Of a DNA stretch of 64,000 nucleotides, positions 50,192-58,220 are shown in pieces. The notes beneath the pieces are model-generated. The model worked only from the letters and a program-made list of their open reading frames with translations. It was not told the DNA's origin and ran no database searches. Source of the DNA: a virus (taxonomy: Duplodnaviria; Caudoviricetes); IMG/VR virus record IMGVR_UViG_3300021387_000034, positions 18,011 through 82,010 of that record, one strand, 5' to 3'. The position numbers were made by a program, and so were the translations under genes. Each line of letters opens with the position of its first letter. The stretch's first letter is position 1.

Positions 50192-50743
50192 ATGGAATTT
50201 TCAGCACTAACGAACGGAATGCCGTTCTATGTATTAAGAAAGAGTGACAAGCCTTTTTTGGAGGTTGGCGTGGTAAAGCAGAAATCACAGCCAAGGGCAC
50301 AATACCCTATGCAGACACCAAATGTCGGCATGGGCTTACAAATGCAGCAGGTTGTGGATATTACGGCTACCATCAACGGCAAGGATGAAACCTTTCCAAA
50401 TTTACCCGTGAATGTGGAAATAGCCCAAAAGGGCAATGATACGTTTAGTGGCAGCAGGGAAGCTATGTTGCAAGCCGTGGATGCTATGTTGCAGACATCA
50501 AAGAAAGCAATAGAGCAAGTTCCGTACCACAAATCGGTAATAACCGAAAGCGAGAAGATGCTTGAAACGCTTAATCCGCAGTATGCCGAAAACAAGCAAA
50601 ACGCAAGGGTTATCCAATCTTTGCAAGAAAAGCAGAAGATGCAAGAGCAACAACTTGCTGAGTTGAAGGCACAGAACACAGAGATGCTATCCATCTTACG
50701 ACAATTGAACGGCGGCCCGTCCGCTGGTGTTGTTAATCCTTAA
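50192..50743 (+). CDS. Gln-rich protein with C-terminal coiled coil (module gene 3)
   Basis: ATG ORF co-oriented. Confidence 0.8.
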   Translation: MEFSALTNGMPFYVLRKSDKPFLEVGVVKQKSQPRAQYPMQTPNVGMGLQMQQVVDITATINGKDETFPNLPVNVEIAQKGNDTFSGSREAMLQAVDAMLQTSKKAIEQVPYHKSVITESEKMLETLNPQYAENKQNARVIQSLQEKQKMQEQQLAELKAQNTEMLSILRQLNGGPSAGVVNP

Positions 50744-50757
50744 AACCGAGTAAAGAT

Positions 50758-50988
50758 ATGGGCTATATATTTATTGACCGTGAGGACGAACAGTCCAAAC
50801 AACAGATGCGTCAGAACATGCGCGACAATATGCGTCGTGGTTATCGTAGTGGCTCTGGTGGTAGTGGTAGCGGTAATTACCGAGAGGGCTATCGTCAGGG
50901 TTACAAAGAAGGATGGGAAGACCACGAAGATGAAATGAACGATGAAATGTATCGTCGTCAACGTGATTCCCGTGGCCGCTTTATGTAA
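50758..50988 (+). CDS. small Arg/Gly/Tyr-rich disordered protein (module gene 4)
   Basis: RRGYRSGSGG..YREGYRQGYKEG..RDSRGRFM. Confidence 0.8.
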   Translation: MGYIFIDREDEQSKQQMRQNMRDNMRRGYRSGSGGSGSGNYREGYRQGYKEGWEDHEDEMNDEMYRRQRDSRGRFM

Positions 50989-51104
50989 TTCGTAAACTTG
51001 GGGGATTGGGTGGGTATTTCCCATTCAATCCTTTCCAATGTTTAAAGAACTGGAAAGAATTGAAAAGAAATTTAGAAACAAAAACAAGAAAAAAGATAGA
51101 TGTT

Positions 51105-51530
51105 ATGGCAAACTTATTGAATTACTTAATTCCGCAAGATATGGAGCAATATCTTTCCTATTATGGCATGCACTTTAACAAGTTGTTGTGTGAATTTGCC
51201 GTTGGAAAGATGAAGCGTGAGGACAAGGCGACAGGAGTGTTGAAAAAGATAACACCGATGACGCTTGATGAACTAAAGACGTTGTTGGAAAAGCACAAAG
51301 TAACGGTAGATACAAACAACGTGTACGACGCTTTGTATTTGGCCAACATGGTAAAAGCGGACTATTGGGGTAGTAGCATAGAGGATGAAGCACACATGGC
51401 ACGTTACATTGAAGATGTTTTGTGTGACCCAGACGGTTACGATGGCATAGCCTTTTGTCGATTCCTTGCGGATTGTAGCGCAAAAGGCGTTGTGATATTT
51501 TGGGAACAAATGATACATACGGCATGGTAG
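51105..51530 (+). CDS. helical hypothetical protein (module gene 5)
   Basis: start MANLLNYL after hairpin 51003-51031. Confidence 0.8.
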   Translation: MANLLNYLIPQDMEQYLSYYGMHFNKLLCEFAVGKMKREDKATGVLKKITPMTLDELKTLLEKHKVTVDTNNVYDALYLANMVKADYWGSSIEDEAHMARYIEDVLCDPDGYDGIAFCRFLADCSAKGVVIFWEQMIHTAW

Positions 51531-51910
51531 TACGGCATATAGACATAGACAACGGCAAATGGGGGATATTGTTCGTTTGTGACTTCGACCTTATGGATTG
51601 GGATAGATTGTCGGCAACCATGCAAACGTTCGGTATGAACGAAAGGAATATCAATAAATCATTAAAGATACTTTCGTCGTACAATAGCGGAATGTGCATT
51701 AGCCGTGACGACGTTCGTATGTCTGCTATCTTTATCGGTAAATCAACGTCCACAAGTCAATTTTGGTCAACAGTAAGCCATGAATTGTTTCATGTGGAAC
51801 AAGCGATATTAGACTATTACGGCACATCATGGGATGGTGAACCCGCTGCGTATCTTTCAGGCTATCTTTTGCAAAAGGTAGTGGAAGAAATAGCTGAACC
51901 TTGTTACTAA
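51524..51910 (+). CDS. HExxH metallopeptidase-like protein
   Basis: VSHELFH...EPAAYL. Confidence 0.6.
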   Translation: MVVRHIDIDNGKWGILFVCDFDLMDWDRLSATMQTFGMNERNINKSLKILSSYNSGMCISRDDVRMSAIFIGKSTSTSQFWSTVSHELFHVEQAILDYYGTSWDGEPAAYLSGYLLQKVVEEIAEPCY

Positions 51911-51944
51911 AAAACAAAAATTTGACAACAAAAAAATAACAACT

Positions 51945-52304
51945 ATGGAAAGAGAAAAACTTTTAGAGGAATACAAGGTAACACTTGAAAGCCTCGTTGA
52001 GAAGACAAAATTCGTGTACGGTGAAGAGTTTTACAAACTTGATGAGTTCGACAAGAAAAAGTATCAAAACGACAAGATGACAACAGAAGCGCACCTTGGC
52101 ACTTTGTGTAATTTGCTTTGGGGCGAAAAGTTTCAATTTGGAAATAACGGCTTGTTTGACTTGTTCGGCTTGGGCATTATCGGTTCTATGTTCAGCGGAG
52201 GTAGTTTTTTGGGTAGCACACCAAATATGGACTGCTTGAAGAAAACGATTGATGAGGGAGAAAACAAAGAAAAAGAACAAATGTTCGCTATTCCCACGAA
52301 ATAG
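51945..52304 (+). CDS. hypothetical protein (crAss001_48-like helical hairpin)
   Basis: F.KL...M..HL..L pattern recalled; unverified. Confidence 0.45.
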   Translation: MEREKLLEEYKVTLESLVEKTKFVYGEEFYKLDEFDKKKYQNDKMTTEAHLGTLCNLLWGEKFQFGNNGLFDLFGLGIIGSMFSGGSFLGSTPNMDCLKKTIDEGENKEKEQMFAIPTK

Positions 52305-52421
52305 AAAATAAAGCCGTTTAAGCGCATTTTATATTAGTTGTGGTAAACTACAAAGGAAAGCGCAAGAAAAGCCGTTATCGGGCTTAAAAACACCGTTAGC
52401 GGCTTTCTTTTACGAACTAAT

Positions 52422-52685
52422 CTACATATTATAACCCCAAAATTCAAGTATTTCATCGTAAATATATGGACTACAAGCATTATGTGTGTAAAGTTTCCAC
52501 ATCGTCGAACCAACTGGATATTTATTCCTAAGTCCGAAATAATGCTTACGTGTCATACGCATAATATAGTTGGTCTTTGCAGAATGGTTGGCCACCTTGT
52601 ATTTACAAACAGGAAAGCCCTCATTGTCAAACGTGACATGCTTGTGGAACAACTTTAGTTGCTTTGCTATTTTTCTTACTCTCAT
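52422..52685 (-). CDS. hypothetical basic protein
   Basis: ATG ORF. Confidence 0.6.
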   Translation of the reverse strand: MRVRKIAKQLKLFHKHVTFDNEGFPVCKYKVANHSAKTNYIMRMTRKHYFGLRNKYPVGSTMWKLYTHNACSPYIYDEILEFWGYNM

Positions 52686-52690
52686 AATTC

Positions 52691-53461
52691 TTAATATAGT
52701 GGGTCACATACATAGTTGTTTAACACATCAAAAACGTCTTTACTTATTTCATTTTTCCATTCATTTGCTAAAGACCTTGCACGTTTTTCTTTTGCTGCTT
52801 TGTATTCAAGGAATGCCGATTCTTTAGAATTAAAATACCCAAGATGTTTATATTCACCGTTTCCATTGTTTATACGTGCAACATATTTGCCATTTTTAAA
52901 CAAGTTTACACCGATTGGCATATCTTCACGTCTTGCATCGTTTCTTGTGAAAAATGCGTTAATTTCTTGTGGAACAAAACAACAAGTTTGTGGACTATAA
53001 ATCTTATTTCCTTTTACGATAATATCTTTATCAAGAGTAAAACCTTCAACATAATTATCGCACCACCAAGAGTAAAAGTTAGAAAAGTGTTTCCATTCAT
53101 CGCAAATAGTACACCCTTTGTACGATTTGTGCTTATAACGTAATTTTTCACTATAACACCGTTCTAATATCATAGTCCATACCCGATATGCTCTTAGAAC
53201 ATCACCTTGAAGATTCCCGTTGAAATCATTGATACCAACACCATATTTTAGGCGCTTCAATAAATTGTTTGCACATATAGGGCAACCGTGCCCTTTTAAA
53301 TGGCTGTGTGGTGTTTGTAGAAAATCGCCATGCAATCTACACGTAATAGTGATGTTTTTGTCTATACGTGTATAAATAGATTTGGAATAATCATACTTGT
53401 CACCATGCACTTGTTTGGCACGGTTTACAAATTCGTCTTGTGTAATTTGTTTACCTTTCAT
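52691..53461 (-). CDS. homing endonuclease-like protein (DUF723 + HNH + AP2)
   Basis: HGDKYDYS..CRLHG..GHGCPIC; LDKDI..GNKIYSPQTC; AP2 GV..Y.ARI..HLGYF. Confidence 0.8.
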   Translation of the reverse strand: MKGKQITQDEFVNRAKQVHGDKYDYSKSIYTRIDKNITITCRLHGDFLQTPHSHLKGHGCPICANNLLKRLKYGVGINDFNGNLQGDVLRAYRVWTMILERCYSEKLRYKHKSYKGCTICDEWKHFSNFYSWWCDNYVEGFTLDKDIIVKGNKIYSPQTCCFVPQEINAFFTRNDARREDMPIGVNLFKNGKYVARINNGNGEYKHLGYFNSKESAFLEYKAAKEKRARSLANEWKNEISKDVFDVLNNYVCDPLY

Positions 53462-53558
53462 ATACTTTGTCGAAATTAATGATGCCGAAAAATTGCAAAG
53501 GTGGGAAAGGCTTTCGACATACCCTTTTCAATAGGACATGACCCCTATCTATCCCACG
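53462..53558 (-). ncRNA. three-helix junction leader with pseudoknot
   Basis: GTGGGA/TCCCAC closing helix, two internal hairpins, loop complementary to downstream leader. Confidence 0.55.
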
Positions 53559-53561
53559 ATG

Positions 53562-53593
53562 CAAAGGTACTAAAATAATCGCATATATACAAA
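53562..53593 (-). promoter_or_regulatory. Bacteroidetes sigma-A promoter
   Basis: TTTG-N20-TACCTTTG. Confidence 0.8.
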
Positions 53594-53606
53594 CATTTTG
53601 CAAAGA

Positions 53607-54296
53607 TTAACTACAAGGGTAAAAAGTCCAAATATTGTTAAAATGACTACGCACAAGTTCTATTGGATTTTCTCCAAACCAATTTGGAGTGTAGTTTGCT
53701 ATTGCAAAAGTTTTGTTTAAGTCAAGTTTAAGTTTTGGTAACATTTCTTTTATAAATTCACCAGCAGTCATTTCGTATCGCTCAGTACTATTTGCCTTAA
53801 AGTTTTCAAAGTGCCACCCATTGTTATCGTTTTTAAAAGGTTCTACGGCTATGTATTTGGAATGACTTTGAAACAAATAACTCTGCGCCCCATAACTTGC
53901 CCCAAAATCTATCACCGTCCATTCTTTCGGTATCATCTTTGAAAGGTAGTAATACGTTGAACCACCACACATTAGGTCGTTGCATGATATTTCGGCACTC
54001 GCATCGGATTTCATAACACGTTTCCATTCCTCGGTTGGTATCATATTATATACATAGTGCATATAGTCCGTGCAAACGGGCTTGTAAATCTTTTCAGGGT
54101 CAATAGGCTTTACGATAAGATTATTGATGTTCCTAACCCACCGCTTATGTTCCATAAAGATTTTCGGCTTTGCACTTTGGGCTTGCATTTCCGTTTCAAA
54201 TGTTCCAAATAGGTCTTGGTCTTCATTCTTGTCATTGATGAGCACGACCTTGTATTTCATTTCCTTTGTTTCCATAAGCGTTGTTATTTTATCCAA
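53607..54296 (-). CDS. class I SAM-dependent methyltransferase-like protein
   Basis: VIDFGASYGAQS motif I, IAVEP motif II. Confidence 0.55.
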   Translation of the reverse strand: MDKITTLMETKEMKYKVVLINDKNEDQDLFGTFETEMQAQSAKPKIFMEHKRWVRNINNLIVKPIDPEKIYKPVCTDYMHYVYNMIPTEEWKRVMKSDASAEISCNDLMCGGSTYYYLSKMIPKEWTVIDFGASYGAQSYLFQSHSKYIAVEPFKNDNNGWHFENFKANSTERYEMTAGEFIKEMLPKLKLDLNKTFAIANYTPNWFGENPIELVRSHFNNIWTFYPCS

Positions 54297-54613
54297 TAGA
54301 AAGTTCCCGTATAATTATACCGTAAGTGTTTTATATGACAATAAATATCGCCCCTCAGTCTTGCAAACCATTTCTTTGCCATTTTCTTTTTCTTGCGAGG
54401 TATTCTTTTATAGAACAACTTGCGAATGTTGCATTTGCCAACTGGCACATCAAATGAAAATGATTTTGTAAAATGAGTTGGGTCGCGCTTTACGTCTATT
54501 GGTTCTTCCAATGGTTCAAAATCAAAACCATTCGATTCAGCAACACATTCAAGCTCTTCCCATTCGCCACCGTCTTTTGGTTTCAAAAAGATTTTTACGT
54601 TCTTTTGTTCCAT
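54284..54613 (-). CDS. hypothetical protein
   Basis: contains IPRKKKK motif common in phage ORFs. Confidence 0.65.
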   Translation of the reverse strand: MEQKNVKIFLKPKDGGEWEELECVAESNGFDFEPLEEPIDVKRDPTHFTKSFSFDVPVGKCNIRKLFYKRIPRKKKKMAKKWFARLRGDIYCHIKHLRYNYTGTFYWIK

Positions 54614-54618
54614 AGGCG

Positions 54619-54858
54619 TTAGAGTTTACTATATTCTTCGTTAGTTAATACATGCCATTTGTTTTCTTCATCTTGGCAAAGCCATTCTGTAGGGCGTGCA
54701 TATTGCCATTTTGTATTATCGTGCATACATATCCAATACAACACGTAATATATTCCACAATTACCGCTTTTATGGCATGATTCAACGCAAGGCAAATCCA
54801 TTATTCCTTGGCTTACATGATTCGGCACTTGAATTGCAAACTTGAACTTTTTTCCCAT
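54619..54858 (-). CDS. hypothetical protein
   Basis: ATG ORF in operon. Confidence 0.6.
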   Translation of the reverse strand: MGKKFKFAIQVPNHVSQGIMDLPCVESCHKSGNCGIYYVLYWICMHDNTKWQYARPTEWLCQDEENKWHVLTNEEYSKL

Positions 54859-54876
54859 AACTACTTTCTTTTTTTA

Positions 54877-55506
54877 TTAAAGTTGATTTGGTTTCGGGTA
54901 GAAACGCTTTTCGTTTTCCGACCACTTAAACACTTGCTTACAACTCGGGCAAATACAATCCACTCCTGCCACAACATCGAACTCGTGATTACACGTCGGA
55001 CATAGTGCATTGAACTTTGGCATAACCGTAATAAAATGTTTCTGAAACGTATCTCCCGAGTCAAGCGCACCTTGTTCGTACATCATCTTGATTAGCGATA
55101 TTACGTCTTTCACACTTGCATCGTCAAGACTTTCATTGTCACCAACACGGTTATGCAAAAGGTTAGCCAAAAGTTGTTGAACGTCCGCACCGCTAAACTT
55201 ATAGTCTTTTAATGTGCTTGCGGCATTTTGCACGTCCATTTGGTAATTTTCCTCTAACAATTCCTTTAAGTGTTGACATTCCTGTTGTTGCAACATAACG
55301 TCCGCATCCTTTGTGAATTGTGCAAGGTATTCTTGTTCTTCTTCAGTTCCAGTTTCCCTTACAAAGTTTTCACGGTCGTACACCATAGCGTATGCCGTTG
55401 TTTTATCCTCACCTAACACCACTTGCATAACGAAAAGATATTGTTTCATATCAAACGTTATACCACGTGTAAAAAGGACATTTTTTGTATCAAGATAGTT
55501 TAGCAT
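54877..55506 (-). CDS. helical protein with C-terminal Zn ribbon (possible terminase small subunit)
   Basis: CPTC...CPSC; helical N-part; function inferred only. Confidence 0.4.
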   Translation of the reverse strand: MLNYLDTKNVLFTRGITFDMKQYLFVMQVVLGEDKTTAYAMVYDRENFVRETGTEEEQEYLAQFTKDADVMLQQQECQHLKELLEENYQMDVQNAASTLKDYKFSGADVQQLLANLLHNRVGDNESLDDASVKDVISLIKMMYEQGALDSGDTFQKHFITVMPKFNALCPTCNHEFDVVAGVDCICPSCKQVFKWSENEKRFYPKPNQL

Positions 55507-55512
55507 AAATCG

Positions 55513-55731
55513 TTAATCGTTATCTATTATTTCGCCCGTTTCAATCACATATCCTTGTTTGCCACATTTCGGACATTCAAGGTTTTTAAGAAGCGTTGAT
55601 ATAGGTCTTACAGCAATCCACCGCTTTAGACACCCAAGGCAAACAACCTCGGATGCCTTGTGCGGAAGATTTTCTTCGATGTAGTGTATCTTACTCATCT
55701 TTTTTGTTTGTAAAACTTTCTTGAACAACAA
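55513..55731 (-). CDS. small Zn-ribbon protein
   Basis: CLGC...CPKC. Confidence 0.55.
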   Translation of the reverse strand: MLFKKVLQTKKMSKIHYIEENLPHKASEVVCLGCLKRWIAVRPISTLLKNLECPKCGKQGYVIETGEIIDND

Positions 55732-55957
55732 TTCTTTCTTTGTTCACTGTCATATACAATGGTTGTAGTGGTTTACAAAATGTTTGTACTGAAAGATAAA
55801 TCTTCCTTGTAAACACAACCTTTAGCAACTCTTTCCAAGACAGTTTCCAGCACGTCATTACTTCACCATCTTGAAACACAAGTGCTGGCAACGGTTCGTA
55901 TTCCTTTTGGTCTTTACCAAAGACCACGTTTTGTTCCTTAAATTCTATCGGTTTCAT
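55691..55957 (-). CDS. conserved phage hypothetical protein
   Basis: MKPIEFKEQN...YEPLPA...TCWKLSWKE. Confidence 0.7.
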   Translation of the reverse strand: MKPIEFKEQNVVFGKDQKEYEPLPALVFQDGEVMTCWKLSWKELLKVVFTRKIYLSVQTFCKPLQPLYMTVNKERIVVQESFTNKKDE

Positions 55958-56421
55958 TATCTATCTTCTATTGTTATTTTCTTTTTATTGTAGTAAATTA
56001 CTTCGCGAAATACCCATTGCCCACGTCCTTTTGCATTGTGTTCATAGATTTTCTTGACCATAAGTTTGCGTCGTAGGATATAGTCGGCAAGTTTTGATGT
56101 CATTTGCGACTTAAATTCTTCACAAACGTATTTGCCGTTTTCAAAGTAAGTAAAGTCACAATGATAACCCGCTTCGTGTTCTATAACTTTCTTATCCCAC
56201 CTAACTTTTGTCTTTAGTTGCTTGGGTACTAACTTGGTGGTTTTCTTGATTAACAAGAATGGTGTTTGCAAACGTAATCCACTAATTTTTCCTTCCCTTT
56301 GTAGTTGGTAAAGATATATGTAGCGGTCACGTTCATAGGTGGAATCAAATTTTATGCCTTTGTATTCAACCTTGTTAGCACCAAACTTGTTATTCGTGGA
56401 TTTCCGTCCGTATCGTTTCAT
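55957..56421 (-). CDS. DUF1064 family PD-(D/E)XK nuclease-like protein
   Basis: NKFGA...GIKFDS.YE...LQTPF...Y.CDF.Y...EEFK. Confidence 0.8.
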   Translation of the reverse strand: MKRYGRKSTNNKFGANKVEYKGIKFDSTYERDRYIYLYQLQREGKISGLRLQTPFLLIKKTTKLVPKQLKTKVRWDKKVIEHEAGYHCDFTYFENGKYVCEEFKSQMTSKLADYILRRKLMVKKIYEHNAKGRGQWVFREVIYYNKKKITIEDR

Positions 56422-56828
56422 TAGATAACTTCTAATACCTTAGTCTTTTTAATTGCTAAGATAGTCATATCAAAGCCTTGTTCAAGATACTTTTTAACCT
56501 TTGCGTTAGCGTCATCCCATGATGTAGCGTAAAGTGCAACCTTATAGACGATTTCTACTTCCTCTCCGTCATCGTTTGTGCGAACGTCGGCAATATCAGC
56601 AACCCAAACCCTATCATCGTCTGTATTGCGCTTATTGATGATTTCACGAACCTTGGAACGCTTGATAGCTACAATTTCCAAGTCCTTTTCACCAGAGCAA
56701 TAGTCATATCCTTGTGTTTCCGCATCACCAAATGTTTCTGCGTTTTCCACCATGTATTTTTCCTTGATAACCTTTTCGTTCCCCTTGCTATCAATCCTTG
56801 TGAATTGTGCTTGAATTTCGTAAATCAT
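56421..56828 (-). CDS. DUF4494 family protein
   Basis: KEKYMVENAETFGDAE...ALYATSWDDA. Confidence 0.7.
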   Translation of the reverse strand: MIYEIQAQFTRIDSKGNEKVIKEKYMVENAETFGDAETQGYDYCSGEKDLEIVAIKRSKVREIINKRNTDDDRVWVADIADVRTNDDGEEVEIVYKVALYATSWDDANAKVKKYLEQGFDMTILAIKKTKVLEVI

Positions 56829-56840
56829 AATCTTTTTATA

Positions 56841-57320
56841 TTATTCTTCTTTAAGTTTTATTTCTACATTTTTCGGATGGTGAACAACTACTTTAATCAC
56901 ATCTTGTAAGTCGCTTTTTGCCGTTTTGTCGCGTAGTTTTATAATGCGCCTTATGATTGCCCACCGTTTAGTCCAAATGGTTTCGCTGGCTATCATATTG
57001 CCCATTTTGTTCACGCAATTTGCTATACTTTGCTCTGTGAATTTCTTTCCGTAGCGTAGAGTGATATTGGAAATACGTATAAACGGTTCGTTCGTCATAT
57101 ATCGGTAGGCATACCAAAACAACCACCGTGAATGAATGGTACTTAATTTGCTAACATTGTTCATCATATCGAACTTGTCAACGCCACATGTAGCGGCAAC
57201 GCAATCAACAAGATAGTCTTGTATTCGAAGTTCATGCAAGCGCAATAGGCTGCAAACTTCGTCAATATCGGCATTGTCTAACGTGTTCCAATCGTCAATT
57301 ATTTTCTCATCACTATCCAT
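56841..57320 (-). CDS. DnaA domain IV-like HTH protein
   Basis: V..TCGV....M......SRWLFWYAYR..T....I pattern. Confidence 0.5.
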   Translation of the reverse strand: MDSDEKIIDDWNTLDNADIDEVCSLLRLHELRIQDYLVDCVAATCGVDKFDMMNNVSKLSTIHSRWLFWYAYRYMTNEPFIRISNITLRYGKKFTEQSIANCVNKMGNMIASETIWTKRWAIIRRIIKLRDKTAKSDLQDVIKVVVHHPKNVEIKLKEE

Positions 57321-57335
57321 CGGTTTCTTGCTTAT

Positions 57336-57776
57336 TTAATGGTTCTTCTTTCTTTCGTTGATACCGTTCAATATCGTTTGGTCTTTCATCGGCAATCTTT
57401 CGACATATAGGTTAAGCCTTTGTAGGTCTTTGCCTAAAACCTTATCCCACACACCAACAACGGAATAGCGGAAACGTAGGAACGTAAACGTGCCTTTATA
57501 CGCTACAACATCACCGTCAACTTGCTTTTCAAGATAACATTCAAACGTAGGCTTGCGCTTCCGTGTTATGTATTGTTGTTGGTCAAAGTCATATTGCATG
57601 ATAGGATTGCGCTTTATCCAAAGATAATTCTTATGGCCTTGCGTGAAATACGTTGCTTCTATGCCGCCATCCAAGAAGACCCCATCTATTGTGAGGTCGC
57701 CTTGGTATTTGCCGCCAGCTTGCCGCTGAATAAACCCATTCACATAATCTTCGTAAATCATAGTGCAAATGTACAA
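57336..57776 (-). CDS. hypothetical protein
   Basis: ORF after promoter; true start probably the ATG of MIYEDY. Confidence 0.7.
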   Translation of the reverse strand: MYICTMIYEDYVNGFIQRQAGGKYQGDLTIDGVFLDGGIEATYFTQGHKNYLWIKRNPIMQYDFDQQQYITRKRKPTFECYLEKQVDGDVVAYKGTFTFLRFRYSVVGVWDKVLGKDLQRLNLYVERLPMKDQTILNGINERKKNH

Positions 57777-57797
57777 AAAAATAAATTACCAAATAAA
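57766..57797 (-). promoter_or_regulatory. Bacteroidetes sigma-A promoter
   Basis: TTTG upstream and TACATTTG at 57766-57773. Confidence 0.7.
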
Positions 57798-57804
57798 ATG
57801 GAAT

Positions 57805-58209
57805 TTATATTTCTTCTACGGATAATTCTTCAACCGTCCAACAGTCACATGCTTCAAGAATCGCCTTTAATTCCCTTGACTTGTGCCGTGCGTACTTGTA
57901 ACGTTCCAAGTCTTGCTTAATGTAGCCTTTCAATATTTCCAACAATTCGGGTATGGTGTAACACTTATTTTTGTATTCAACCGCCCATTCCGTATTTTCG
58001 GTGTTGGCATACATGTAACCATTTTCTTCGTCAAATTCTTGAGTATAGTTATTCGTAGTAATTTCAACGTCACGCGACAAAGTGACAACCACGTTAAGGC
58101 TAAAATTCATATCAGGAACTAATGGTTCGTTCCACGGGGCTGCATCCAATTGGCTTTGTGACATAGCGGGATAGTTGCTATTTGGACTTAAACTTTCATT
58201 GTAACTCAT
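57805..58209 (-). CDS. hypothetical protein
   Basis: SNYPAMSQSQ.D.APWNE motif. Confidence 0.7.
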   Translation of the reverse strand: MSYNESLSPNSNYPAMSQSQLDAAPWNEPLVPDMNFSLNVVVTLSRDVEITTNNYTQEFDEENGYMYANTENTEWAVEYKNKCYTIPELLEILKGYIKQDLERYKYARHKSRELKAILEACDCWTVEELSVEEI

Positions 58210-58220
58210 ACAATTTCACA

